Assembly: GCA_013375475.1 (NCBI GenBank)
Contig: JABXKD010000038.1
Span: 1 to 33,721, forward strand
Source of the DNA: Promethearchaeota archaeon
GTDB taxonomy: Archaea; Asgardarchaeota; Lokiarchaeia; Sigyniarchaeales; SOKP01
Length of the DNA: 33,721 bases
Reading direction: 5' to 3'
Shown: in pieces, positions 19,553-28,310 of the stretch
How the letters are laid out: each line of letters starts with the position of its first letter
Numbering within the stretch: the first letter of the stretch is position 1
Position numbers and translations under genes: made by a program
Notes under the pieces: generated by a model
What the model was told of the DNA's origin: nothing
The model's input: only the letters and a program-made list of their open reading frames with translations
Database searches by the model: none

Positions 19553-19665
19553 TCAAGTTAAGTGATAAAATGTTAGATTAAACCTCGAGACGCCAAAAAT
19601 TTAATACGAAACGCACTGTGATTGAATCTGCTTTTTCAAATAAAAAGTAAAAAAAAAGAATAAAT

Positions 19666-20025
19666 TTAATCATCGATATTTGGAATGTCCCTAATACAAT
19701 TAAAATCGCCATCCATGGTTTGAACGAGCAAATCTACGGCGTTATCAAACAGAGTTTCTAAAATTTTCTCAATTTTTTTAAAGTCTTCTTCATTTTGAAA
19801 TTTTAGAGTAATAATCTGTGTTACGTTATCGACATTTATTTCCATTGGGATTTCCTCTCTTAATCCTCCATACATTTTTAACATTACGATGATTTCTTCG
19901 GAATCAGCGACAATTCCTTCGATGTCATTTTTTACAGTCATCGAAATCGTTAAGTTTAACGCATTAATCTTAATATCTATCGCTTCTCGCAACATGCTCT
20001 TTAAACTTGGTATTATATCTTCCAT
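19666..20025 (-). CDS. Acidic hypothetical protein
   Basis: 119-aa ORF with GGTGA SD, 10 nt downstream of the CocE-family gene on the same strand. Confidence 0.75.
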   Translation of the reverse strand: MEDIIPSLKSMLREAIDIKINALNLTISMTVKNDIEGIVADSEEIIVMLKMYGGLREEIPMEINVDNVTQIITLKFQNEEDFKKIEKILETLFDNAVDLLVQTMDGDFNCIRDIPNIDD

Positions 20026-20035
20026 TATTTTTCAC

Positions 20036-21865
20036 CTATTTTTTCTCTTTTTTTATAATTGGAATATCAAGATAAGAAGAATTTAAACTATTTCTTGAAA
20101 TTGTTATAATCGGTTTTCCTTCAGAAGGATATCGTAAGAATGTATCTTTATCAGCTCCAGCTATAGCAATTTTAATTTTGTGCCCTTTTTTAATGAGAAC
20201 TGAAGTTACGTGTAATCCGAATTTGACTTCTGTAATTTCTCCTGGAATAAGAGGAGCAGAATCTTCTTTTTTATAACTATGGTAAGGAATTAGGATTTTG
20301 TATGGGGGCTCTTCAGACAAAACTTTTCTATGAATAAGTCGAAATTCTCCATCAGTTATGTAGGTAATATTCCCCCCTTCGTCTACATCTTCAAAATAAG
20401 CAAAAATTGCTCCGTCTTCGTGTGTCGACGCTAAATATAGGCATAAAATTATTTGTCCTGTAATCTCAGTGTCTTCTTCAAATGGTTGGCTAGTGTAGCA
20501 TATTAATTTTTCGTCGACTTTAGCCCTATTTTCGTATATAATTGGAAGCCCTAATAAAGCCCACCAGCGATTATTTCGTCCCGTAGAAACCCGAAAATTA
20601 ATTTTGTATTTATCGTCTCCGACATCGTTCTCAGGTTTTTTTCTCGTTAAAGTAAAATTCTCGGAAAAATACCATTTCTGATAATCGTGTCCTATTGGAG
20701 GCCAGACCTTAGATTTTTTCCATTGTTCTTCGACTAATGTATAATAATATATAACTTGTTCTTGTATTCCATCACTATAAATGCATTTGTCAAAGAAATT
20801 CATCCAAGCATTTACTTTATCTTTAGGCGATGGTGTTACTGAAGTTCGATTTGGGAAAAAATGATTTGCGGGTAGAACTGCTCCGTGAGTCCAATCTCCT
20901 AAAATTGCAATTTGGGGATTAGATAAATTCATGAAACGATGAATAATAGCATCACAATACCCAGAATCTAACCACGAACACCAAGCTAATACTGGTATCT
21001 TAGACTTTTCAATTTCATCTGTTCGATCAAAAATACTGAAATCATCAAATGAAGAACCGTCTAGGATTTGATCATCCCGAAAATTTTCTTCTAAGGTATG
21101 TTCATAAACATATTTATTAGCACCATGTTGTTCTAATGCGGTATTCAAAATTTCTAAATTCTTATCAGATTTTACGGGTTTTACACCTTTCGTAAGCAAC
21201 CAAGCTTCTGGCTTTATTTGTCTAAAGACTTTAGGATTATTTAGATCTAAATTTTTACCAAGAAATGACCATAACTGAATAAAAGCGTGATCAAAACACC
21301 CTCCTGGAAAAGCTACATCAGTGTATGGATCCCAAAATCCGTGTCCTGGTATCACAGCTTTTATTGCTTGATGATTATTCCTAGCAAATAACTCAGCTGT
21401 TGTCCCCGTATATGAAATACCTTTGGAAACAACATTACCATCAGACCAAGGTTGATCAATAATCCAATTAACTATATCATAGCCGTCCTTAACTTCTTCT
21501 TCGGAGAATGGTGTAATTCTTGAACCAAAGGATGCTCCACACCCCCTGACATCGGTATAAATGAGCGCGTAACCTCGACTAGTTACAACTTCAGGATTTG
21601 GGGCGTTTGTTGCCATACTATCAAGAATCCATCTGAAAGGAATTCGTAATTCCATCGCTCTCCAATACCTTGTTTGCGTTATCACTGTAGGAATTTTACT
21701 ACCTGGAGAAAGTCCCTTCGGAAGACAAATAGTAGCGGCAATTTTGACACCATCTCTTACTGGTATGTATGTTGAATCAACCGTGTATCCATCAGGGTAT
21801 TTTTTTTCTGGAATTTCACCTAATTCTTTAAATGGGTTATTTTTTATAGCATTTGGGTCTGTCAT
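20036..21865 (-). CDS. CocE/NonD family hydrolase (S15 peptidase-like acyl esterase)
   Basis: RDGVKI, DVRGCGASFG, QPWSDG, GISYTG nucleophile, GDWTHG, C-terminal jelly-roll. Confidence 0.93.
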   Translation of the reverse strand: MTDPNAIKNNPFKELGEIPEKKYPDGYTVDSTYIPVRDGVKIAATICLPKGLSPGSKIPTVITQTRYWRAMELRIPFRWILDSMATNAPNPEVVTSRGYALIYTDVRGCGASFGSRITPFSEEEVKDGYDIVNWIIDQPWSDGNVVSKGISYTGTTAELFARNNHQAIKAVIPGHGFWDPYTDVAFPGGCFDHAFIQLWSFLGKNLDLNNPKVFRQIKPEAWLLTKGVKPVKSDKNLEILNTALEQHGANKYVYEHTLEENFRDDQILDGSSFDDFSIFDRTDEIEKSKIPVLAWCSWLDSGYCDAIIHRFMNLSNPQIAILGDWTHGAVLPANHFFPNRTSVTPSPKDKVNAWMNFFDKCIYSDGIQEQVIYYYTLVEEQWKKSKVWPPIGHDYQKWYFSENFTLTRKKPENDVGDDKYKINFRVSTGRNNRWWALLGLPIIYENRAKVDEKLICYTSQPFEEDTEITGQIILCLYLASTHEDGAIFAYFEDVDEGGNITYITDGEFRLIHRKVLSEEPPYKILIPYHSYKKEDSAPLIPGEITEVKFGLHVTSVLIKKGHKIKIAIAGADKDTFLRYPSEGKPIITISRNSLNSSYLDIPIIKKEKK

Positions 21866-21998
21866 TTTTATGTGACCAATAATTTTTAGAATTAATTTAA
21901 TTTAGATATTAGTATTTTTATAGTTTTTAGTAAGCTCGTAAAGATTTATTAAATGTGATAAATTTTGCTAAAAAAACTAATACAACTTTGGTGAAAGA

Positions 21999-22721
21999 AT
22001 TATTTTTTATGAAATAGATGGAAAGCAAATCCCCCGAGTTACAACAGGAACATCACCATTCTTAGGGGCGGCTCAATTTGGTAAAAACGCTCGAATATAC
22101 CGTAAAAAATTCTTGAATGATATAGAAGCCATCTTAGAGATACTAGAAGCGTGTTATGACGCAGGAGGGCGCGGAATAGAATTGATACCTGCGGGAAAAG
22201 TCGGTGAAGCAGCTAAAATTATGGCAGAAACCCACGATGACTTTATTATTACAGGTTCCACTTTTCCTGGACCTGATCCGTTAATCGATGAGTTAGCCAA
22301 TCTTAATGCTAAATTAATTTTTGCTCATGGAATGGTTTCAGATAAGAAAGATGAGAAATTAGAAAAACTTGTAGACGAAATTGAATCATTAGGAATAATA
22401 CCTGGAATAGCTGCTCATAATCCCGTTTCTACGTTAGAATACGCGTTCGAAAATCTTCCCTCTGTGAAAGCTTTTTTAATCCCATTTAACGCTCAAGGAA
22501 TGTTTATGGGAGATCAAAATAAGTTAGAGAATATTGTAGACAACCATAAAGACAAGTATTTTATAGGAATGAAAACGTTAGCAGCGGGGAAATTAGATAT
22601 AAATCAAGCTTACGATTACATTTCGCAACATAATATAAGTTGTGTTACTATAGGCATGGTTACTATTGAGGAAGCAAAGGTTTCTACAGAAGTAGCTTTA
22701 AAAGTTCTTCAAACATCATAA
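21999..22721 (+). CDS. Conserved archaeal TIM-barrel protein, aldo/keto reductase-like; true start probably upstream of the track ORF
   Basis: The frame is open upstream of TTG 22113 and encodes YEIDGKQIPRVTTGTSPFLGAAQFG; GMKTLAAG motif near the C-terminus; in-frame ATT at 21999 lies 4 nt after GGTGA. Confidence 0.75.
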   Translation: MIFYEIDGKQIPRVTTGTSPFLGAAQFGKNARIYRKKFLNDIEAILEILEACYDAGGRGIELIPAGKVGEAAKIMAETHDDFIITGSTFPGPDPLIDELANLNAKLIFAHGMVSDKKDEKLEKLVDEIESLGIIPGIAAHNPVSTLEYAFENLPSVKAFLIPFNAQGMFMGDQNKLENIVDNHKDKYFIGMKTLAAGKLDINQAYDYISQHNISCVTIGMVTIEEAKVSTEVALKVLQTS

Positions 22722-22749
22722 GTTAAGTGAAAACATTTATCCTTTTTTT

Positions 22750-23472
22750 TCAATCTAATTCCTTACCAAAACTCTTGTAAATTAAAAAGGCTGATGTAGT
22801 AGATATTATCAGTGCTGACACCATGTAGATAGTGCGGTATATTTGGTTTTCAAACAAAAAATGATACAAAAAGAATGCAAAAACCACCGCGAGTTGGAAA
22901 AATGAGCTAATAATAAACATATTAATCCTACGTTTTAGGATAACTCCTTCAAATATTTTTGAAAGCTTTAATGAGAAATAAATTTGGGGAATTAATAAAA
23001 AGGCTGCTAACAAAGCCCAACTGAAAACGAGAAAAAACCAGCTAAATCTAGGTACCCAGTTTGTAATCGAATCATACTGTATCCCATTGAAGAAATATCC
23101 TATCCAGAATACATAAGTAGATGTGATCCCATAAAGGATAATTATTAGACGAAACTTCCAATAGGGAGTTTTTTCTTCAAGCTTTACAAGCACCCAACTA
23201 AAAATAATAAAAAAACAATGATCGAAAAAGAAGAAATACATTGCTAATATATAAAAAAAGTATGCTAAAGGAGTAAATAGAAACAAAATTGAAAAATTAG
23301 CAAGGACATCTGTAAGAGCATACAAAATAAAGAAGCAACTCAGGGTATAAGTTGACCTATTTTTAGCTCGTTTGAGTAATTTGTAAGAGAAATAAGAGCT
23401 ATAGATTATCGGCCAAATTTGAGCCATTAAAACAAAGATAATTCTCTGAGTAAAAATACTTTGAAGTAGCAT
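22750..23472 (-). CDS. Seven-TM membrane protein, paralogue A
   Basis: 240 aa, seven hydrophobic helices separated by basic loops (KRAKNRS, KRR); colinear with 23635..24357. Confidence 0.88.
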   Translation of the reverse strand: MLLQSIFTQRIIFVLMAQIWPIIYSSYFSYKLLKRAKNRSTYTLSCFFILYALTDVLANFSILFLFTPLAYFFYILAMYFFFFDHCFFIIFSWVLVKLEEKTPYWKFRLIIILYGITSTYVFWIGYFFNGIQYDSITNWVPRFSWFFLVFSWALLAAFLLIPQIYFSLKLSKIFEGVILKRRINMFIISSFFQLAVVFAFFLYHFLFENQIYRTIYMVSALIISTTSAFLIYKSFGKELD

Positions 23473-23508
23473 CGTGTTTATTTTGCATATTTTAAGGATA
23501 TATACTCT

Positions 23509-23546
23509 AAAGTTAACTTTTTTAGGATTATAAAGAATTTGCTTTT
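23509..23546 (-). promoter_or_regulatory. Promoter of 7-TM paralogue A: BRE-like and TATA elements plus palindrome AAAGTTAACTTT
   Basis: Minus strand AAAAGCAAATTC-TTTATAA (23546-23528), then a perfect 12-bp palindrome at 23509-23520; conserved upstream of paralogue B. Confidence 0.65.
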
Positions 23547-23634
23547 GAAACTAAGCTCGTTTTATTTTATCCGAAATCGTTTTATCCTATGTACTTCAAT
23601 CATTTTAAGCTAGAAGAGAACATTTAGATTTTTT

Positions 23635-24357
23635 TCATTCTAACTTCTTGCCAAAGCTCTTGTAGAGTAAATAAGCGGCAATGGTCGAAGTTTCTGGCAC
23701 CAAAAGAATATAAATTAATCTAAATATCTCGTTTTCAACCCAGGTATTATATAAGAATAATGAAAATACTACGGTGAGCTCTAGAAATGCGCTAACTATA
23801 AACATGTTAATCCTGCGTCTTAGTTTAATTCCTCCAAATATTTTATAAAGTTTAAACGAAAAATATATTTGCGGCATAAGTAAAAAGACTGCTAAAATGC
23901 CCCAACTGAAAATGAGAAAAACTACAGTAAAAGCAGGTATCCAGTTTGAACTTGCGTCATAGATTATTCCATTAAAAAAAAATCCTATAATGAGAACATA
24001 AGTCGATATGACTCCATAAAATGTAATAATTAAATAATACTTCCAATTAGGAGATTTTGTATCAAGTTTTACAAGCACCCAACTAATAATTATAAAAAAA
24101 CTATGGCTAAAAACGAAGAAATATATTCCAAATATGTAAAAAAAGTATGCGAAGGGTGTATCAAGAAAAAATATTGAGATTGTAGCAAGGAAATATGTGA
24201 GAGAAATCAAAAAAAAGAAGCTACTCAGAGTTAAAGTCGACCTACTTTTAGTTCGCTTTAGTAATTTATAACCAAAATACGAACCGTAGAATATTGGCCA
24301 CACTTGAACAATTAAAATAATGATAATTCTTTGAGTAAGAACGCTTTGAAGTAGCAT
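23635..24357 (-). CDS. Seven-TM membrane protein, paralogue B
   Basis: 240 aa, gap-free alignment to paralogue A, about 62% identity by manual count. Confidence 0.88.
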   Translation of the reverse strand: MLLQSVLTQRIIIILIVQVWPIFYGSYFGYKLLKRTKSRSTLTLSSFFFLISLTYFLATISIFFLDTPFAYFFYIFGIYFFVFSHSFFIIISWVLVKLDTKSPNWKYYLIITFYGVISTYVLIIGFFFNGIIYDASSNWIPAFTVVFLIFSWGILAVFLLMPQIYFSFKLYKIFGGIKLRRRINMFIVSAFLELTVVFSLFLYNTWVENEIFRLIYILLVPETSTIAAYLLYKSFGKKLE

Positions 24358-24391
24358 TTTGTCTCGATATTATTTCAACGATATATAATTT

Positions 24392-24429
24392 AAAGTTAAC
24401 TTCTCAAGAGTTATAAAAAATTTGCTTTT
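24392..24429 (-). promoter_or_regulatory. Promoter of 7-TM paralogue B: BRE-like and TATA elements plus palindrome AAGTTAACTT
   Basis: Minus strand AAAAGCAAATTT-TTTATAA (24429-24411); 10-bp palindrome at 24393-24402 with the same spacing as in copy A. Confidence 0.65.
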
Positions 24430-24460
24430 AAAACTTCTACTGCTAATATGAATTTACCAC

Positions 24461-25039
24461 TTATTTTGAAAACACTTCGTATTTCAAAATTTCAGCTCTA
24501 AAATATCTCCAAATTGTATTATACATCTTTTTTTGAAAACGTTGACTGCTCAAATTCTTAGTAGATTTATCTAATAGTAGGTCATTAAGTGCAAGAATAA
24601 TAGTTTCTGTGTACGCTTTAAATTTATCACGAATTTTCTCTTCTACTTTAATACCTTCGATGTATTCTTTAATGATATCATTTAATGAATCATCTAAATT
24701 CTTTATCGTTGGAAGGATAAACTTCTGGTAGTTTTTCTGTATAGTTGATCTTACATATATTCTTATTACATTTTTTCCCTTTACAGTGGTTTTCTTTTTA
24801 TATGCAAATCCTTTTTTACATAAATTGTTAATATAATCATATCCTTTAGTTGGACTTTTATGATCAAACTCTAAATCAATTAAATGCTTCAGAATTGATT
24901 GTTCTACTCCATCATGAATTAAAAGTATCATAAATGCTTCAAATTCGCGCATCGATAAATCTCTTATATTAAAGGTATTATCTTTTGAACGAGTGATTTT
25001 TCCAGTTGTTTTTATTTTGAGAGAATTGTCTTCTACCAT
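24461..25039 (-). CDS. Hypothetical protein, probable winged-helix DNA-binding domain
   Basis: LSMREFEAFMILL...SPTKGYDYINNLCKKGFAYKK...RIYV matches the helix-helix-helix-wing pattern of MarR/TrmB-type wHTH; helical C-terminal half. Confidence 0.6.
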   Translation of the reverse strand: MVEDNSLKIKTTGKITRSKDNTFNIRDLSMREFEAFMILLIHDGVEQSILKHLIDLEFDHKSPTKGYDYINNLCKKGFAYKKKTTVKGKNVIRIYVRSTIQKNYQKFILPTIKNLDDSLNDIIKEYIEGIKVEEKIRDKFKAYTETIILALNDLLLDKSTKNLSSQRFQKKMYNTIWRYFRAEILKYEVFSK

Positions 25040-25477
25040 AATTAAAATACCATCTTTTGTCGATGTTTTTTATCTGCTTTTTAAATTATAAATTAAATTT
25101 GTTGATATTTTTAAATCTCTAAAGCATAAAAATTATTAATTTTATAAAAATATATGTATACAGAGTGTGAATGTTTCCTTATGAATGTATGAATTCTCTA
25201 CTAAATTAAGGAACTGAGCTCAAAAATTAGAGTTTTTAACGAGATTTCTCCAAGATTGAGGAGGTACTTTAAATACTCTATAAACTTTTCCTCAATTCTG
25301 GGGAATAAAGCTTAAATCTAATATTAATGATAGATTATTTAGATAGTTTGACATTTTAATTAAGTTCAAGATTACAGATAAAAATCTAGGGCGGGGTTAG
25401 GTTATATTTTTCTATTGAATAATCATTCTGATTATTTCAGTAGATAGAGAGAATTTTTTGAGGGCAAAATTTTACTA

Positions 25478-26050
25478 TCACAAAACCTTAAAGATTACAT
25501 CGTCCAATGTTCGCTTAGGTACGTGCATCTCGTTTCCTTCTTTCCAGTACTTAAAAGAACCCTCAAAAGGTTCCATTTTGGAGGTTTCGTCCGGATAACC
25601 TAAACTAATTACATGTTTAATTTCGTAATTTTCAGGCACTTCGAGTAAAGATCTAATCTTAGGCCCATTAATGTTACCCATCCAACAACATCCGATTCCA
25701 AAACTAACTGCTCCAAGTAAAATATTCTCAACAGCAGCCCCAATATCATAGTCAAAGTAAGATTTCTTAATATCCGTGTTAACAAGAACTACAATGTACG
25801 CTGTTGGTTCTCTTCCACTTTCAGGTGTTCTTTCCTCCTTAGGAAGAGAGGATGCCCATTTTACTAGTGGGAACATTTTTTCTGTCATCGGTGGACTTTT
25901 GACGATAACATATTCAACGCATTGAATATTGCTACCTGCAGGTGCTACTCGAGCGTAATCGATTAGTTTTTTTAGAGTTTCGCTTGGGATAGGATCCTGT
26001 TTAAATCTTCTAATTGTTCTTCTTTTATTAATCGCTTCTTCTATATCCAT
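25478..26050 (-). CDS. Nitroreductase family protein
   Basis: RRTIRRF, APAGSNIQ, D.GAAVENILL.A...GIGCCW, ISLGYP. Confidence 0.93.
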   Translation of the reverse strand: MDIEEAINKRRTIRRFKQDPIPSETLKKLIDYARVAPAGSNIQCVEYVIVKSPPMTEKMFPLVKWASSLPKEERTPESGREPTAYIVVLVNTDIKKSYFDYDIGAAVENILLGAVSFGIGCCWMGNINGPKIRSLLEVPENYEIKHVISLGYPDETSKMEPFEGSFKYWKEGNEMHVPKRTLDDVIFKVL

Positions 26051-26061
26051 GGTTAATACCT

Positions 26062-27111
26062 TTACTGTTTTTCTAATCTTGATTGTACTACAGACTCTGC
26101 TATATCATAGAAAGCATATTCTACATTTTTTCCCGTCATAGCAGAGGTTTCAATATATTTTAGATTTAATTCCTTAGCTAATGCTAACGCTTCAACTAAT
26201 TTAACTTTTCGCACATCAGTAAGATCTGTTTTATTACCAAAAATATATCCTATCATTTGATGGTGATGTTTATCCATGTTTTTCAACACATCGTCATACC
26301 AATTTTTTATGTTGGTAAAGGAAGTTCTGTTAGTTAAATCAAAAATGAGTAATATAGCCTCTGAACCCTGATAAAAGTGTCTTCTCATTGTTTGGAATTT
26401 ATTTTGCCCTGCAATATCCCACAATATAGTTTCTATTACTTTATTATTAGCTTGAATGATTTTTTCAGTAATGCTGACACCTAATGTGGGAACATATGTC
26501 CTTAGAAATGCGTTATCTGTAAAGCGTAAAATAGTAGAAGTTTTTCCGACTCCAGGATCACCTACCACTACGAGCTTGAATCTATAATCAACGATTTTTT
26601 CGTCTCTTATTATTTTTTCAGGAAATTCTATTGAAGGAGGAAAAGAAATTTCTTTAGCTCTAAAATCGTCTAATAATTGACCTACACTATTTCTTAGGTA
26701 ATTAATTTCTTCAAAAATGGTTTCCTTATCAGCATTCTGTTCTTCTAAATTAATGATTTTTCTTGTTGTCTCGTCAAATGGAGCCTTTAAATAGCTCATA
26801 TATTTATAAAAGACAACATCATCGGCTTCTTTAAACAAAAAAGTGATCGCTGAACGCGCAAATCCTCCTCTCTTGCTTCTATCTTTTCTTTCTATGTACC
26901 TTATTAATCCTTTAAGTTTTAAAGATGGGAAAGGAATTATTAATAAAGAATCTGGCACAGAACCTTGGTCTCCTGTGAGAATCGTAACAGATTTAATAGC
27001 AACAAGCATTCTTATCGATTCGGGCAAATCTGGGGGTGTCCAATGGATTGGGTCTGGACCTAACTCATCGTGAATATCGGTATAAATTACAGCATCAATT
27101 AGTTTCTTCAT
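26062..27111 (-). CDS. Rab-like small GTPase fused to an N-terminal uDENN/longin-like domain
   Basis: G1 GDPGVGKT, G2 YVPTLG, G3 WDIAGQ, G4 NKTD, G5 ETSA; about 170-aa N-terminal extension starting AVIYTDIHDELGPDP. Confidence 0.9.
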   Translation of the reverse strand: MKKLIDAVIYTDIHDELGPDPIHWTPPDLPESIRMLVAIKSVTILTGDQGSVPDSLLIIPFPSLKLKGLIRYIERKDRSKRGGFARSAITFLFKEADDVVFYKYMSYLKAPFDETTRKIINLEEQNADKETIFEEINYLRNSVGQLLDDFRAKEISFPPSIEFPEKIIRDEKIVDYRFKLVVVGDPGVGKTSTILRFTDNAFLRTYVPTLGVSITEKIIQANNKVIETILWDIAGQNKFQTMRRHFYQGSEAILLIFDLTNRTSFTNIKNWYDDVLKNMDKHHHQMIGYIFGNKTDLTDVRKVKLVEALALAKELNLKYIETSAMTGKNVEYAFYDIAESVVQSRLEKQ

Positions 27112-27401
27112 TTCATTTATTCTTCCTAATAGAAGTTTGTTAAATTCCCTTTATTTTCCTTTTAAAAGACAATATATATTTAAAAAATTAAAATTATTTA
27201 TATTTGAGTTTATAGAAATATAACCCCGAATTTTTAGATTTTTAAAATTACTAAAACTATATTCATTCAGTGGGTTTATCCTTTTATAGTTTCATTTAAT
27301 ATGTTCTTTAGTCACGAAATTGTAAAATAATCTTGCAATTTTTAAATTTCGAATTATTTCTTAATTTAACAGGTTAATAGTAAATGGTGTAAGAATAAGC
27401 T

Positions 27402-27674
27402 ATGACAAAAGAAGATATTGTATACGAATCAACTAAAAAGGCTCTTAATAACTTTGAAAACATCAAAGAATGCATTCAAGGCCTTTATGAAATTCTACAA
27501 ATTACTCTCACTTCTGAAAACACATATTTCAATATGGGACAAGATAATATTGAAGCATTGTACGAAAATCTATTGGAACTAATGGTTAACGAATTAGGAA
27601 CGGTAGAATTCATGAAAAAACTTAAAAGCGCTGAAGTCGATTTGGATTTACCTTTAGATAATTTATTAAAGTAA
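27402..27674 (+). CDS. Small acidic helical hypothetical protein
   Basis: 90-aa ORF with ATG and GGTG upstream, divergent from the GTPase gene, not overlapping other genes. Confidence 0.75.
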   Translation: MTKEDIVYESTKKALNNFENIKECIQGLYEILQITLTSENTYFNMGQDNIEALYENLLELMVNELGTVEFMKKLKSAEVDLDLPLDNLLK

Positions 27675-27683
27675 TTACATTTC

Positions 27684-28310
27684 TTATTTTAGTACTTCAT
27701 TTGTTTCCATGTACCATAAATATAGATCTAACTTATCCAAATCAAGATCTATCTTATCTCCAATTTCTTTAAGAATGATTTCGATTTCTAAATATTTCTT
27801 CTTTGTAAGGGTTTTAGGCTTTTCAATAATATTGTATTTCACCAGAAGATCGATAATATGAAAGTCTATAATCGCGTAATTTGGGTAACCTATATTTCTT
27901 AAAAAATGACTTGCTTCCTTGTAGCCTAATCCCTTAATATTTTTCACTATCCAATCTCTTAAATCATTTCCATCAATATTTGAAGCTAATTTATTCTCTA
28001 ACTCCGATAAATACGACCTAGCTTCAAGAATATATTTAGCTCTAATATTTGGAAAGCGATAGCCAAATTCTTTAAATTTGTTTTTTAAATCGTCTTCAGA
28101 ACATGTTAAAAAACCATTATTTATCCGTTGTTGTACTTCTATACATTTTTTAGCTCCACAGTTAGCCGTCATTACACAAAAACAAAGTTCTTTAAAGATT
28201 TCGTCTATTCCTGATTCGGATACAGAGGAAAATTGGTCAATCCGCTCATTTACTGTATTAGAGATTTCGCCATTTTTCAAGGATTCAATTGAATTAATGA
28301 GTTCTCTCAT
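27684..28310 (-). CDS. ogg: 8-oxoguanine DNA glycosylase / AP lyase (archaeal Ogg2 type)
   Basis: ELCFCVMTAN, GYRFPN.RA.YI, HhH GLGYKEASHFLRNIG, AIIDFH, DLYLWY, terminal Lys (VLK*). Confidence 0.93.
   Translation of the reverse strand: MRELINSIESLKNGEISNTVNERIDQFSSVSESGIDEIFKELCFCVMTANCGAKKCIEVQQRINNGFLTCSEDDLKNKFKEFGYRFPNIRAKYILEARSYLSELENKLASNIDGNDLRDWIVKNIKGLGYKEASHFLRNIGYPNYAIIDFHIIDLLVKYNIIEKPKTLTKKKYLEIEIILKEIGDKIDLDLDKLDLYLWYMETNEVLK

Larger units (their letters stand above)
22730..24434. repeat. Diverged tandem duplication (unit about 885 bp) covering gene, promoter and 3' flank
   Basis: Stops offset by 885 nt; shared AACATTTA..T-run at the 3' flanks; shared promoter blocks offset by 883 nt. 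Confidence 0.85.

Noticed and set aside
9765-20086. ORFs 9765..10235, 12456..12797, 14629..14886, 15013..15207, 16195..16629, 16646..16834, 16925..17119 and 19889..20086
   Set aside because: All lie antisense to better-supported genes and have no motifs.
22750-24357. 7-TM proteins as microbial rhodopsins
   Set aside because: No retinal-binding Lys in mid helix 7 (no DxxxK or SxxxK) and no RYxxW-type helix 3 motif.
25189-25220. ATGAA...AAA...TGAG resembling a eukaryote-type SECIS
   Set aside because: Only about 21 nt between the core halves, weak helix, and no plus-strand gene with an in-frame TGA nearby. TGA-terminated genes in the window end at normal family lengths.
25388-25401. G-rich GGGCGGGGTTAGG motif (G-quadruplex or telomere-like)
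   Set aside because: Single short occurrence without four G3 tracts.
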